DNA of 64,000 nt from Candidatus Daviesbacteria bacterium GW2011_GWA1_41_61 (GTDB lineage: Bacteria; Patescibacteriota; Microgenomatia; Daviesbacterales; UBA10151), in the NCBI GenBank assembly GCA_000997385.1, contig LCBT01000001.1, positions 243,663 to 307,662 on the forward strand. Direction: 5' to 3'. The translations under genes were made by a program, and so were the position numbers. Positions 1-9,705 of the stretch are shown here, piece after piece; positions within the stretch are counted from its first letter, which is position 1; each line of letters starts with the position of its first letter. The notes beneath the pieces were generated by a model. That model made no database searches. It was not told the DNA's origin and was given only the letters and a program-made list of their open reading frames with translations.

Positions 1-1
1 C

Positions 2-253
2 CAGCAAGATAACCGCACCTTCCGGGATTTTGCCGAAGGGGTTATTCAAAAAAGATCTGCCCCCAAAGACAGCGAAGAATATGTCGAAGGAACCCATATC
101 TTAGTACGGCAAGTCGGATCCCCAGTGGCTTTAACATCTTCAGTAATAGACCTTAGCCAATATGAAGGGAAAAAAGTTAAAGTTTTTGGAGAAACCCAAA
201 AAGCCATTAAAGAAGGCTGGCTGATGGACGTCGGCAAAGTTGAAGTAAAGTAG
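2..253 (+). CDS. 3' end of hypothetical protein (truncated by window start)
   Basis: Open frame 2 from the window start (QQDNRTFRDFAEG...VALTSSVIDLSQYEGKKVKVFGETQKAIKEGWLMDVGKVEVK) to TAG at 251-253; not in the ORF track; same strand as ftsE. Confidence 0.7.
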   Translation, partial: QQDNRTFRDFAEGVIQKRSAPKDSEEYVEGTHILVRQVGSPVALTSSVIDLSQYEGKKVKVFGETQKAIKEGWLMDVGKVEVK

Positions 254-327
254 CACCAAGTGATGGGTAATTTTGCTGTAAAAACTAGATAGCAGTAATA
301 AATATATCAGAATTACCCAAAATATAA

Positions 328-1011
328 ATGATATCTTTTAAAAATGTTGCTAAAAAGTTTGGCCCAAGTATCATTGCCCTGGAGGATATTAACCTCGAGA
401 TCCAGGAAGGGGAGTTTGTCTTTCTGGTGGGCCCTTCCGGAGCCGGCAAATCTACACTGCTTCGACTTTTATCCCGGGAATATCTGCCCACAAGCGGTAA
501 GGTCCTGGTTGCAGGGGAAGACCTGGCTAAAATTAAATCTTCTCAAATCCCTCTTTACCGGCGGAAAATAGGCTTTGTTTTTCAAGATTTTAAGCTCTTA
601 GAAGACCGGACAGTTTTTGAAAATGTGGCCTTAAGTTTACAAGTCCGCGGCATAATTGATCATGAGATAGACAAGGAGGTTGAAAAAACCCTGAAGCTTT
701 TTGAAATCTGGGAAAGGAGGAATCTTTTTCCCCGCCAACTCTCAGGAGGGGAGGCTCAAAGAACAGCCATTGCCCGGGCAGTAATTGGTAAACCCAAGGT
801 AGTTTTAGCTGATGAGCCCACCGGAGATTTGGATCCCCAAACTGCCTGGTCAGTCATTCAGCTTTTGGGGGAGATAAATTCCTGGGGAACAACCGTAGTG
901 ATGGCCACCCATAATAAAGAAATCGTGGATACCCAAAAAAGACGGGTTGTCAGTTTAAAAGAAGGCAAGATAATCAAAGATAACAAAGAGGGAAAGTACG
1001 AGATACATTAA
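328..1011 (+). CDS. ftsE: Cell division ABC ATPase FtsE
   Basis: Walker A GPSGAGKS, VFQDFKLL, LSGGE signature, LADEPTGDLDP, ATH; immediately upstream of ftsX. Confidence 0.93.
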   Translation: MISFKNVAKKFGPSIIALEDINLEIQEGEFVFLVGPSGAGKSTLLRLLSREYLPTSGKVLVAGEDLAKIKSSQIPLYRRKIGFVFQDFKLLEDRTVFENVALSLQVRGIIDHEIDKEVEKTLKLFEIWERRNLFPRQLSGGEAQRTAIARAVIGKPKVVLADEPTGDLDPQTAWSVIQLLGEINSWGTTVVMATHNKEIVDTQKRRVVSLKEGKIIKDNKEGKYEIH

Positions 1012-1014
1012 CAG

Positions 1015-1902
1015 ATGGTTATTTTTAATTTTGTCAAGAAAAATATCAGAAGGACTCCGTACCAAGCTTTAACAGCCACAATGGCGATGTTTCTAGCTTT
1101 TTTAGCCTTTTCCAGTTTTCTGCTTTTAGCGCTGGGTTCCCAGAAGGTGCTGCGTTTTTATGAGAGTAAACCCCAAACCATTGCTTTTTTCAAAGATGGC
1201 ACTAAAAATGAAGATATCCAGGCTATTCAAGACGCTTTAAATAGCACTGGCAGGGTGACCAAATTCAAATATGTCTCCAAAGAAGAAGCCTTAGAAATCT
1301 ACCGGGAACGCAATAAAAACAATCCGATGCTTTTGGAACTGGTCACTGCCAACATTCTTCCCGCTTCTTTAGAAATCTCTGCTTTAACACCTGATGATTT
1401 AAAACCCATCGCTGAGGTTTTAAGAAAAGAGCCTGTGGTGGAAGAAGTTGTTTTCCCGGAAGATGTAGTTGCTCAGTTGGCTCAAGCAACTAAATTTATC
1501 CGTACCATCGGGGGTAGTATCGTGGGATTTCTCATTACTTTCTCCACCATTATTATTGTCATGATTATCGGTTTTAAAATCCGGCTTAAAAGAGAAGAGA
1601 TTGAAACCATGAAACTGATGGGAGCCTCAACCTGGTTTATTAGGATGCCTTTTATTATTGAAGGTATTATTTATGCCCTTATAGGAGCGATCATTGGCTG
1701 GTTGGCTAACTACTTTATGATCTGGTACTTTGAACCTATTTTAGTTGATGGTAACAACCTCTTTTACTTTGAAATTAGCCAAATCCTCCTACCAGTAAGC
1801 CCAATTTTTATGCTGGAACTGCTTATGGCTCAAGTAGTGGTGGCTATTTTAGTAGGAGGACTTGGGTCGCTGTTGGCTGTCCGCCGCTACCTCCATCTCT
1901 AA
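1015..1902 (+). CDS. ftsX: Cell division permease FtsX
   Basis: 4 TM segments, extracellular loop with YVSKEEAL and LPASLEI, REEIETMKLMGAS..FIRMPFIIEG, C-terminal VRRYL. Confidence 0.92.
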   Translation: MVIFNFVKKNIRRTPYQALTATMAMFLAFLAFSSFLLLALGSQKVLRFYESKPQTIAFFKDGTKNEDIQAIQDALNSTGRVTKFKYVSKEEALEIYRERNKNNPMLLELVTANILPASLEISALTPDDLKPIAEVLRKEPVVEEVVFPEDVVAQLAQATKFIRTIGGSIVGFLITFSTIIIVMIIGFKIRLKREEIETMKLMGASTWFIRMPFIIEGIIYALIGAIIGWLANYFMIWYFEPILVDGNNLFYFEISQILLPVSPIFMLELLMAQVVVAILVGGLGSLLAVRRYLHL

Positions 1903-1928
1903 TTTCTACCCCACCTTAGGTTGTTAAG

Positions 1929-3095
1929 ATGTTTACGAAGATATTAACTACTATCATCTTTATAGCCACACTGTTGGTCCTGGTGACTAATTTCCCAAGC
2001 ACACCTTTTTTGGCTCAATCATTAGAAGAGCAGGACCGCGAATTACGGAACATTCAAAACCAGATTGTTGAAACTGAAAAAAAGTTGGCTGAAGCCAGAG
2101 GGCAAGAAAAAACCCTTAAATCCCAACTTGATTTTATTGATACCCAAACCAAATTAACTGAGCTTAAAATGGCTCAGGCTGAAGCCCAAATTATTAAGCT
2201 GGAGAAAGAGATCACCGATCTTTCCAACCGCATTATCAAACTTTCCCAAACAGTTGATTCCATCACTGAGGTGTTACTCAGCAGAATTGTCCAAACCTAT
2301 AAATACGGTAATTACTCCACCATTGATCTCCTGTTTTCTTCTCATGGATTTTCTGATCTTTTAGCCAGAGTTAAATATATTCAGGTGGCCCAAACCAATG
2401 ATAAAAAAGTCCTCTATCAACTTCAGGCAACCAAAGAAACTTATAATGATCAAAAGACGGACCGGGAAACCAGACAAACCCAGCAAGAGAAGTTAAAAAA
2501 GGACTTGGAAAGATATCAAGTTCAACTGAATAACCAGAAAAAAGCTAAACAAGAGCTTTTGGAAAAAACCAAAAATGATGAAAGCCGTTACCAGCAATTA
2601 ATTGCCCAACTTAAAGCAGAGCAAGAATCCATTGCCCGAGCTATTTCTAATGTTGGTGCGGTGGTTGGACCGGTAGAAAAAGGTCAAACCATTGGCGCCA
2701 TGGGCAGTACGGGTTGCTCCACAGGGCCGCATCTGCACCTTGAGGTTTTTGAAAATGCCAAAGTCGAAGGGGGCAGAATTGTTGGTACCCGGGTTAATCC
2801 CAAGCCTTTTTTAGACAACGGCAGGTTAGGACCGCCGCTTAGAGGTTATCCCGATGAAACCACTATTACCACCGAATATGGAGAGGTCTACTTTTTAGGA
2901 ACTCACACCGGTTTAGATATTGCTCCGAAAAGTTATGAAGGTGTCGGCAGAGCTATTTTGGCTTCAGAAAAAGGTATAGCTTATTCCACCTCTGCCCCTT
3001 GTAAGGCAAATATACCTGGAGGCAGCTCGGTGGGTAAAGGCATTATCATTGATCACCAAAATGGCCTAGTCACCCTCTACTGGCACACTCTATAA
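1929..3095 (+). CDS. FtsEX-associated coiled-coil murein hydrolase (EnvC/PcsB-like) with circularly permuted M23 peptidase domain
   Basis: Signal peptide, long coiled coil, then GSTGCSTGPHLH followed by HTGLD and IDHQNGLVTLYWH; third gene after ftsEX. Confidence 0.85.
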   Translation: MFTKILTTIIFIATLLVLVTNFPSTPFLAQSLEEQDRELRNIQNQIVETEKKLAEARGQEKTLKSQLDFIDTQTKLTELKMAQAEAQIIKLEKEITDLSNRIIKLSQTVDSITEVLLSRIVQTYKYGNYSTIDLLFSSHGFSDLLARVKYIQVAQTNDKKVLYQLQATKETYNDQKTDRETRQTQQEKLKKDLERYQVQLNNQKKAKQELLEKTKNDESRYQQLIAQLKAEQESIARAISNVGAVVGPVEKGQTIGAMGSTGCSTGPHLHLEVFENAKVEGGRIVGTRVNPKPFLDNGRLGPPLRGYPDETTITTEYGEVYFLGTHTGLDIAPKSYEGVGRAILASEKGIAYSTSAPCKANIPGGSSVGKGIIIDHQNGLVTLYWHTL

Positions 3096-3140
3096 GTTAT
3101 TTCGTTTGGAAAATATTGATTAACATGATATGTTAAATTC

Positions 3141-3974
3141 ATGAGAAGACTTTGGAAAACTCTCTTGTTGACCTCTCTTATTGGTGGATACTTAATCATC
3201 GCTTCAACAACTAAAGCCTCGGATATTGTCTTAAATGAAGTTATGGCCAAACCAGATGATGAAACCGAATGGGTAGAGATTTATAATCCCACTGATCAAA
3301 CTGTTGATCTTACTGGTTGGATAATCAAAGATGGTAATAGCACTTCTGATGATTTAACACTAGATGGGGAAATCTCACCTTTAAGTTTTAGGGTGTTTGA
3401 TCATTCCAAAGGGTGGTTAAACGATAGTGGAGATGGAGATACTGTCACACTTTTAAACGGTACAACCACTATCAATTCATATACCTACCAGAAGGCTTCT
3501 GCAGGGAAAACCTTTGGTCGTCAACCGGATGGCGGTTCTTGGGCGGAAAATCTAACTCCAACTAAAGGTAGTACTAATGGCGATCCTCCTACACCTACCC
3601 CTTCTCCTACCGAAACACCAACTTCTACCCCCACTCCTAGTGACACTCCTACCCCGACTAAAACTCTCACTCCTACTAAAACCCCCACCCCTTCCCCTAC
3701 TGCCAAACCCCCCACTCCAACTAAAAATCCTACAAAAACACCTACTTCTGCAAAAAGTAGCACCGACAATTCCCAGGTTAATTTACCTTCTTCTATTTTA
3801 TCCAGCAGCAGTGCTGAAGAATATTACCCCACAGTTTTGGGGGAATCTGTCTCTATTACCCCCGCCCAGGAAAATACCAACAGCCCTAAATTAAACCCCT
3901 TTTTAATCTTGGGAGGAGGCATACTTATCATTGTGGGGCTAAATATCCTTGTTTATCTGTATAAAAACCGCTAA
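3141..3974 (+). CDS. Lamin-tail-domain surface protein with Pro/Thr linker and C-terminal membrane anchor
   Basis: Signal peptide; VLNEVMA..EWVEIYN..VDLTGWII..LNDSGDGD..TPTKG LTD motifs; (PT)n linker; C-terminal hydrophobic helix plus basic tail. Confidence 0.8.
   Translation: MRRLWKTLLLTSLIGGYLIIASTTKASDIVLNEVMAKPDDETEWVEIYNPTDQTVDLTGWIIKDGNSTSDDLTLDGEISPLSFRVFDHSKGWLNDSGDGDTVTLLNGTTTINSYTYQKASAGKTFGRQPDGGSWAENLTPTKGSTNGDPPTPTPSPTETPTSTPTPSDTPTPTKTLTPTKTPTPSPTAKPPTPTKNPTKTPTSAKSSTDNSQVNLPSSILSSSSAEEYYPTVLGESVSITPAQENTNSPKLNPFLILGGGILIIVGLNILVYLYKNR
3586..3750 (+). repeat. Coding low-complexity Pro/Thr repeat (TPTPS/TPTK)
   Basis: Degenerate ACN-CCN codon repeats encoding PPTPTPSPTETPTSTPTPSDTPTPTKTLTPTKTPTPSPT. 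Confidence 0.85.
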
Positions 3975-3984
3975 TATCCAAACC

Positions 3985-4407
3985 ATGAAATTTATCACTT
4001 ACTCAGCCGGTGAGACTCAGCAAGTGGCTAAAAATTTAGCCCAACAATATCATCAGGGAGGGATTATGGCTCTTTTTGGAGAGTTAGGAACTGGTAAAAC
4101 TACCTTTACTCAAGGTTTTGCCGAAGGCTTGCAGGTTTCAGGTAAGATCATCTCCCCCACCTTTACTTTAATTAGAGAGTATCCCCTACCATCTCAACCA
4201 CAGGCTAAACTTTATCATATCGATCTTTACCGCTTAGAAAGTCCTAAGGATATTGAGCAGTTAGGGATAAGGGAAATTTTTGATAATCGTCACAATATTG
4301 TGCTTATTGAATGGGCAGACAAATTAGGTAAAATCTTACCTCCTCAAGCAGTTAGAATCTATTTAAAAAACCTGGGTCAAAACACCAGGGAGATTGAAAT
4401 AAGGTAG
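3985..4407 (+). CDS. tsaE: tRNA t6A biosynthesis ATPase TsaE
   Basis: GELGTGKTTF, SPTFTL, HIDLYRL, IEWA motifs; start reassigned to ATG 3985 to avoid overlap with the upstream gene. Confidence 0.93.
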   Translation: MKFITYSAGETQQVAKNLAQQYHQGGIMALFGELGTGKTTFTQGFAEGLQVSGKIISPTFTLIREYPLPSQPQAKLYHIDLYRLESPKDIEQLGIREIFDNRHNIVLIEWADKLGKILPPQAVRIYLKNLGQNTREIEIR

Positions 4408-4410
4408 TAA

Positions 4411-5322
4411 CTATTGGCTTTTACGTTTTTTTAGTAGTTCTAAAGCTGAGCTACTAGTAGCAGTCGTAGTAACGGTTGCAGTGATAGTCGGTGAAACCAC
4501 TTCCATATTCACTAGATTTGGATCTGGATTAGAAACTGCCTCAGGAGTATTCCCCTCAACAGGGACAAAGATGCCAGAGGTCCCTCCACTCTCCTCTATC
4601 GGCACTTCAGATGGAGCTTGGGAGAGCGGTTTACCAATCCCTAAGATAAAATACGCTGAAGCTCCCCCCACCGCCAGCAGTACTAACACTCCAACCAAAA
4701 TAATCCACTTGGGAAATCCCATAGAACCGGATGTAATCACCTGTTTCTCCTCTGAAGAAGTAGGAATAACCATCGAAGAAGCAGTAGTAACTGCAGAAAT
4801 AGGAACCTCCAGGGGTGCTTCTTCTCCACTGCCAGTAGTTCCCACCAAATGACTTAAATCAGTCGGAGCAGCCTCATTTGAGCCAATTGGACTAACTAAA
4901 GGGTTAGTAGGGGCACCGGCATCTAAACTGCCACCGTCAGGGCTTGATCCAGTTGGAATGGAAGAAGGAGCAAAAGTCGGTGGGGGTTCAATATTACCAA
5001 AGCTTTGGGTAGTTGGGGCAGAAAAAGCTCCTAAGTCTTGAGAAGGCCAGGAAGGCTGGTAGACAGGGTTGCTATCAGGAGAAAATGTCGGTACGGGTGC
5101 CGGGGTGTTAGGATCTGCAGGAGCAGCTTCACCAAGCCCAGAGGCAGGTGGAGAGGCAGGAGATAAGCTGGGAAAATCTAAAGAAGGACCAGGAGCAGAT
5201 AAATCAGCTCCGGAGGAAGGAAAAGCAGTTGCCGCTGGAGTATTATCACCAGGATCAGAAGAAGAAATAGGAGTAGGGGGAACACCAGGGGCAGAGGGAT
5301 TGGTTGGGTTATTGGGATCCAT
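4411..5322 (-). CDS. Pro/Ser-rich disordered single-pass membrane protein
   Basis: About 200 aa acidic Pro-rich N-terminus, TM helix WIILVGVLVLLAVGGASAYFILG, short Thr-rich tail. Confidence 0.7.
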   Translation of the reverse strand: MDPNNPTNPSAPGVPPTPISSSDPGDNTPAATAFPSSGADLSAPGPSLDFPSLSPASPPASGLGEAAPADPNTPAPVPTFSPDSNPVYQPSWPSQDLGAFSAPTTQSFGNIEPPPTFAPSSIPTGSSPDGGSLDAGAPTNPLVSPIGSNEAAPTDLSHLVGTTGSGEEAPLEVPISAVTTASSMVIPTSSEEKQVITSGSMGFPKWIILVGVLVLLAVGGASAYFILGIGKPLSQAPSEVPIEESGGTSGIFVPVEGNTPEAVSNPDPNLVNMEVVSPTITATVTTTATSSSALELLKKRKSQ

Positions 5323-5438
5323 AGGCAGTTTTAAATACTAGAGTTAGTTTATAGAAAATTACCTTACTAGTCAATAGTTATTACTTTTGTTAAGTTTACG
5401 ATATAATAGGGTAGCTTGAAATTAGAAAGGTTTGTCTG

Positions 5439-8153
5439 ATGTTAAACATTTTTAGCAGATTTATTGATTCCAATCAAAAAGAGCTCAGCCGTTTTTCTAA
5501 AATAGTGGCTCAGATCAACGATCTGGAAAAAAAATATAAAAAGCTGACTGACCAACAGCTCAAAAAAAAGACTGAGGAATGTAAAAAGCTCTTTTCTGAG
5601 GGGGAAAGCCTTGATCAACTCCTGCCTGAAGTATACGCTGCAGCCAGAGAGGCTGGCGTTAGAACGTTAGGGCTTCGCCTCTATGATGTTCAGTTGATAG
5701 CCGCCATGGCTTTACATGAAGGAAAGATTGCGGAACAGAGAACCGGTGAAGGTAAGACTTTCACCGCTGCCCCAGCTTTATTATTAAATACTTTAACTGG
5801 TCAAGGAGTCCATCTGGTAACTGTTAATGATTATCTAGCTAGGCGTGACTGTGGTTGGATGGGACCTTTTTATGACGCTTTAGGAGCAACCTGCACCACT
5901 ATTATTCATGAACAAGCTTTTATCTTTGACCCCGCCTTTGTTGACCCAACTCATGCCGATGAGAGGCTCCGGCATCTTAGGCCTATCTCCCGCCAGGAGG
6001 CTTATGCGGCTGATATTACTTATGGCACCAATAACGAGTTTGGCTTTGATTATCTTAAGGACAATATGGTCTTTTCCTTAAAAGACAAGGCGCAACGGGG
6101 CCATCATTTTGCCATCGTTGATGAAGTAGACTCTATCTTAATAGATGAAGCCAGAACGCCGCTGATTATCTCCCGGCCGGCGCAAGAACCTACCAAAAAG
6201 TATTATGAGTTCGCTGCCTTAATGGAGAAGCTCTCCTCTTCAACTGATTATGTCATTGATGAAAAACAAAAAACAGCCAATTTAACAGAACACGGTATCG
6301 TCAAGGTAGAAAAAATGCTGGGCATCGATAACCTTTATGAAAAGGATTTCTCCACTCTCCATCACATCGAGCAGGCTTTAAAAGCCAGGGCCCTTTTTCA
6401 AAAAGACCGTGATTATGTAGTCAAAGATGGTGAGGTGATTATTGTCGATGAGTTCACCGGCAGGCTGATGCCAGGGAGAAGATATTCGGAAGGATTACAT
6501 CAAGCGATTGAAGCCAGAGAGGGGGTGGAGATTCAACAAGAGTCCCAAACTTTAGCTACTATCTCTTTCCAAAATTACTTCAGGATGTATAAAAAGCTGG
6601 CGGGAATGACCGGAACTGCTGCCACTGAAGCAGAAGAGTTCCATAAGATTTACAAATTAGAGGTCTTAGTTATTCCCACCCACATGCTAATGGTCAGAAA
6701 TGACCTCCCCGATTTGATTTACAAAACCCAAAAAGCCAAATACACCGCTGTTGCTCACTTAGTAGAAGAGCTCCATAAAAAAGGCCAGCCGGTGTTAGTT
6801 GGCACCACCTCCATAGAGAAAAACGAGTTTCTATCTGAGCTTTTAAAAAGAAAAGGTATCTCCCATGCTTTACTTAATGCTAAAAACCACGAAAAGGAAG
6901 CAGAGATTATCTCTTATGCTGGAGAAAAAGGGGCTGTGACTGTGGCTACCAATATGGCGGGGCGGGGAGTTGATATTAAACTGGGCCAAGATGTTACCAA
7001 ACTAGGCGGGTTGTGCGTTTTGGGTACGGAAAGACATGAATCCAGACGGATTGATAATCAGCTGCGAGGCCGTTCCGGACGTCAAGGCGACCCCGGAAGT
7101 TCCCGGTTTTTTGTCTCTTTGGAAGATGATCTGATGAGGATCTTTGGAGGCGAACAAGTAGCCAGGCTTATGGATTTTCTAAAAATCCCTGAAGAATCTC
7201 CTATCGAACATGGAATGGTTTCCAAGGCTTTAGAATCAGCCCAAAAGAAGGTGGAAGGCCACAACTTTGATATCAGAAAACATACTGTGGAATACGATGA
7301 CGTAATGAACCAGCAACGCCAGATTATCTATGGAGTCAGGAATAAAGTTTTAGAGGCTGCAGATGATCCTCAAATCCATGGACTCAAAGATGATGTTTTA
7401 GAAAAAATTGATAAGGCCATTGAAACTTTGGTCCAAGTTCATACTCAGGAAGGTCTGGAAACTGGTAAAATTTTTGAAGAATTTGCCGCGATCATTAATT
7501 TTGATCCCGCTTCTCAAAGTAAGCTCCAAAAACACTTGGAGGAAGCCGGTTCTTTAGAAGAGATTAACGATTTTATTATTAAAGTAGCTCATGATGCATA
7601 TGAACAAAGAGAAAAAGAAGTGGGGGAAGAGGTCGCCAGGCAGATGGAGATCTTTGTTTACTTAACGACTATTGATAATCTCTGGATTGAACATTTAGAC
7701 ACCATGGATGATTTAAGAGTAGGCATTGGACTAAGAAGTTTTGGGCAAAGGGACCCGTTAATTGAGTATAAAAAAGAGGCTTTTGAGTTGTTTAGTAAAC
7801 TTATTGCCACTATTGATTATGAGATTGTCCATAGAATCTACAAAGTAGCTGTTCAAAGGCAGCCTTTAGCATCTTCTCAGCCTATCCAGGTAGAGGAAAA
7901 ATACCCGGTGATAGAAACTGGAATTAAAGAAGAAGCAGCAGAAATCAAAGAGGTAGCCCAAGGGAAACCTTTATCTAAAGTTTTAGAGGCAGAAGGGGAG
8001 ACTACCAAAGTCACCGTTGAAAGAGACGGAGTGGTCAGTCAACAAATCTATGGATCAGGGGGACAGTTAAATAAAGCTCATGGCAAAATAGGCAGAAATG
8101 ACCCCTGCTACTGCGGTTCAGGCAAAAAATATAAAAAGTGCCACTTAAAGTAG
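5439..8153 (+). CDS. secA: Preprotein translocase ATPase SecA
   Basis: RTGEGKT, VTVNDYLARRD, DEVDSILIDEARTPLIIS, ATNMAGRG, QLRGRSGRQGDPG, C-terminal SEC-C GRNDPCYCGSGKKYKKCH. Confidence 0.98.
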   Translation: MLNIFSRFIDSNQKELSRFSKIVAQINDLEKKYKKLTDQQLKKKTEECKKLFSEGESLDQLLPEVYAAAREAGVRTLGLRLYDVQLIAAMALHEGKIAEQRTGEGKTFTAAPALLLNTLTGQGVHLVTVNDYLARRDCGWMGPFYDALGATCTTIIHEQAFIFDPAFVDPTHADERLRHLRPISRQEAYAADITYGTNNEFGFDYLKDNMVFSLKDKAQRGHHFAIVDEVDSILIDEARTPLIISRPAQEPTKKYYEFAALMEKLSSSTDYVIDEKQKTANLTEHGIVKVEKMLGIDNLYEKDFSTLHHIEQALKARALFQKDRDYVVKDGEVIIVDEFTGRLMPGRRYSEGLHQAIEAREGVEIQQESQTLATISFQNYFRMYKKLAGMTGTAATEAEEFHKIYKLEVLVIPTHMLMVRNDLPDLIYKTQKAKYTAVAHLVEELHKKGQPVLVGTTSIEKNEFLSELLKRKGISHALLNAKNHEKEAEIISYAGEKGAVTVATNMAGRGVDIKLGQDVTKLGGLCVLGTERHESRRIDNQLRGRSGRQGDPGSSRFFVSLEDDLMRIFGGEQVARLMDFLKIPEESPIEHGMVSKALESAQKKVEGHNFDIRKHTVEYDDVMNQQRQIIYGVRNKVLEAADDPQIHGLKDDVLEKIDKAIETLVQVHTQEGLETGKIFEEFAAIINFDPASQSKLQKHLEEAGSLEEINDFIIKVAHDAYEQREKEVGEEVARQMEIFVYLTTIDNLWIEHLDTMDDLRVGIGLRSFGQRDPLIEYKKEAFELFSKLIATIDYEIVHRIYKVAVQRQPLASSQPIQVEEKYPVIETGIKEEAAEIKEVAQGKPLSKVLEAEGETTKVTVERDGVVSQQIYGSGGQLNKAHGKIGRNDPCYCGSGKKYKKCHLK

Positions 8154-8172
8154 TTCATGTTAAAATACTTAC

Positions 8173-8511
8173 GTGATCATTACTAAATCCCGACCCTTTA
8201 CTAAAAAAGAAGTAGAAAAATTAAAAGAACAGTTTGATGTTTATATTAAAACAGTCATAGATGTAAAAAGGGACATTTGTTCAGCTGGTATGAACCGGCA
8301 TTTTGAAGGGGAGGAAATATTATTAGAACAGGGTTCTAAACAATCTAATATTTGGGGTGGAGGGATAGATCTGGAAACAAAAACCATTGATTTTAACTCC
8401 TTCATTAACATTAGACCTAATGATAATAACAACAGCAACGAAATCCAAAGTAAAGATATAAGAATAAAATATGAGGAGTTAACTAAATTTTTCTTTCAGG
8501 AAGTATTATGA
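8173..8511 (+). CDS. DUF5674-like protein
   Basis: IKTVIDV..H...E..LLEQGSKQSNIWGG...FNSFINIRP..NN pattern recalled for DUF5674; GTG start 6 nt after a TG-n-TAAAAT motif. Confidence 0.65.
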   Translation: MIITKSRPFTKKEVEKLKEQFDVYIKTVIDVKRDICSAGMNRHFEGEEILLEQGSKQSNIWGGGIDLETKTIDFNSFINIRPNDNNNSNEIQSKDIRIKYEELTKFFFQEVL

Positions 8512-8780
8512 CACAAAAATTGATTATCGAATCATTGTCCATGGATCTTTTAAGAGTAGCCTTAGGATTACACCGGGGTTCTTTTAAAATGGCAGAACGT
8601 TTTAAACAGGAAGCTTTACAAAGGCAATCAGAACTAGAGTCTCGAAAAATAAATCCCTATCTTAAAAATCTTTTAGATAAAACCAAGACTGCCTTAATAT
8701 CCCCCAAAAAAGATAGAGATGAAGATATTTTAATGTACAGTATACTTTTCCAAAACTTTGCCAGGAAACAGAACAGATAA
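8508..8780 (+). CDS. Small helical hypothetical protein, translationally coupled to the DUF5674-like gene
   Basis: ATGA overlap at 8508-8511; 90 aa. Confidence 0.7.
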   Translation: MTQKLIIESLSMDLLRVALGLHRGSFKMAERFKQEALQRQSELESRKINPYLKNLLDKTKTALISPKKDRDEDILMYSILFQNFARKQNR

Positions 8781-8840
8781 CATCCTTAATCAACCTTCCC
8801 AAGCTTGACTTTGTATAAGATAAAGTTCATTATTTAGATA

Positions 8841-9320
8841 ATGAAGGATAAACCTTCTTTTCTTACGAAAATGAACCAGAAAGGTGTTATCTATCCTTTG
8901 ACCCTTTTATTACTAGCTGTGATGGGGTTACTTATCTTCCTGTTAGTAACCACTTTTTTCCCTTTTAAAAGTAGCCTTTTTAGTACTATTTATCCCAAGA
9001 CAACTTCCCAAGCAGCCTCCAATCCAGACCCTAAAGTACCTGCCGCTCCCCAGGCTGTAACTATTACCAATCCTCCGAATAACTCAGTTTTAGAGACTTC
9101 TTCTGAAGTGATGATTAATTTTTCAGTTACTGATAATATTGGAGTTGTCAAAGTGGACATTACTATCAATGGGGAACTTTTCTGTAGTGTAGACTCACCG
9201 CCTTATGAATGCAGCTGGAGAGTACCTTCTCTAAAAGACACTTCTTATATTATTAAGGCGCAAGCTTATGATAAAGAAGGTAACATCTCCTCATCGGAAG
9301 TTATAGTAAAGTCAAGGTAG
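8841..9320 (+). CDS. Membrane-anchored bacterial Ig-like domain protein with prepilin-like N-terminus
   Basis: NQKG|VIYPLTLLLLAVMGLL leader; P.VTITNP.N...TDNIGVVKV...PPY...W...Y.I.A.AYD.EGN Ig-fold motif. Confidence 0.75.
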   Translation: MKDKPSFLTKMNQKGVIYPLTLLLLAVMGLLIFLLVTTFFPFKSSLFSTIYPKTTSQAASNPDPKVPAAPQAVTITNPPNNSVLETSSEVMINFSVTDNIGVVKVDITINGELFCSVDSPPYECSWRVPSLKDTSYIIKAQAYDKEGNISSSEVIVKSR

Positions 9321-9324
9321 CTAT

Positions 9325-9705
9325 ATGAACAACCAAACAAAGAAAAAAATACTAGTAGCTGAAGATGATCAGTTTTATATTCGCCTTTATCAAAAAAGGC
9401 TGGCTGAAGAAGGTTTTGAAGTGATTGTGGCCAAAAATGGGGAAGAAGTTCTAAAAAAGCTAGCGAGTCAGTCGGTTGACTTAGTAATTTTAGATATTAT
9501 TATGCCTGTAAAAGATGGCTTTGAGACTTTAAAAGAGATGAAGGCTGATAATAAGTTAAGGGATATTCCAGTACTGGTAATTTCTAATTTGGGACAAGAA
9601 GAAGATGTTAAAATTGCTTTAGAACTGGGGGCAGTAGATTACTATGTTAAAGCCAATATACCGATTTATCAAATGGTAGATTTAGTGAAAAAATATGCCC
9701 GCTAG
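9325..9705 (+). CDS. Single-domain response regulator (receiver)
   Basis: ILVAEDD, LDIIMPVKDG, ISN, GAVDYYVK. Confidence 0.92.
   Translation: MNNQTKKKILVAEDDQFYIRLYQKRLAEEGFEVIVAKNGEEVLKKLASQSVDLVILDIIMPVKDGFETLKEMKADNKLRDIPVLVISNLGQEEDVKIALELGAVDYYVKANIPIYQMVDLVKKYAR

Noticed and set aside
3111-3138. dif-like site (ATATGTTAAAT resembles the XerD arm) within palindrome TTAACAT-GAT-ATGTTAA
   Set aside because: No XerC-like arm at the right spacing; better explained as the -10 region (possibly with an operator) of the downstream gene.
3521-3894. ORFs 3521-3769(-) and 3577-3894(+)
   Set aside because: Shadow frames of the Pro/Thr linker codons in the lamin-tail protein.
4481-5341. Plus-strand ORFs 4481-4852 and 5069-5341
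   Set aside because: Antisense shadows of the Pro/Ser-rich membrane protein.
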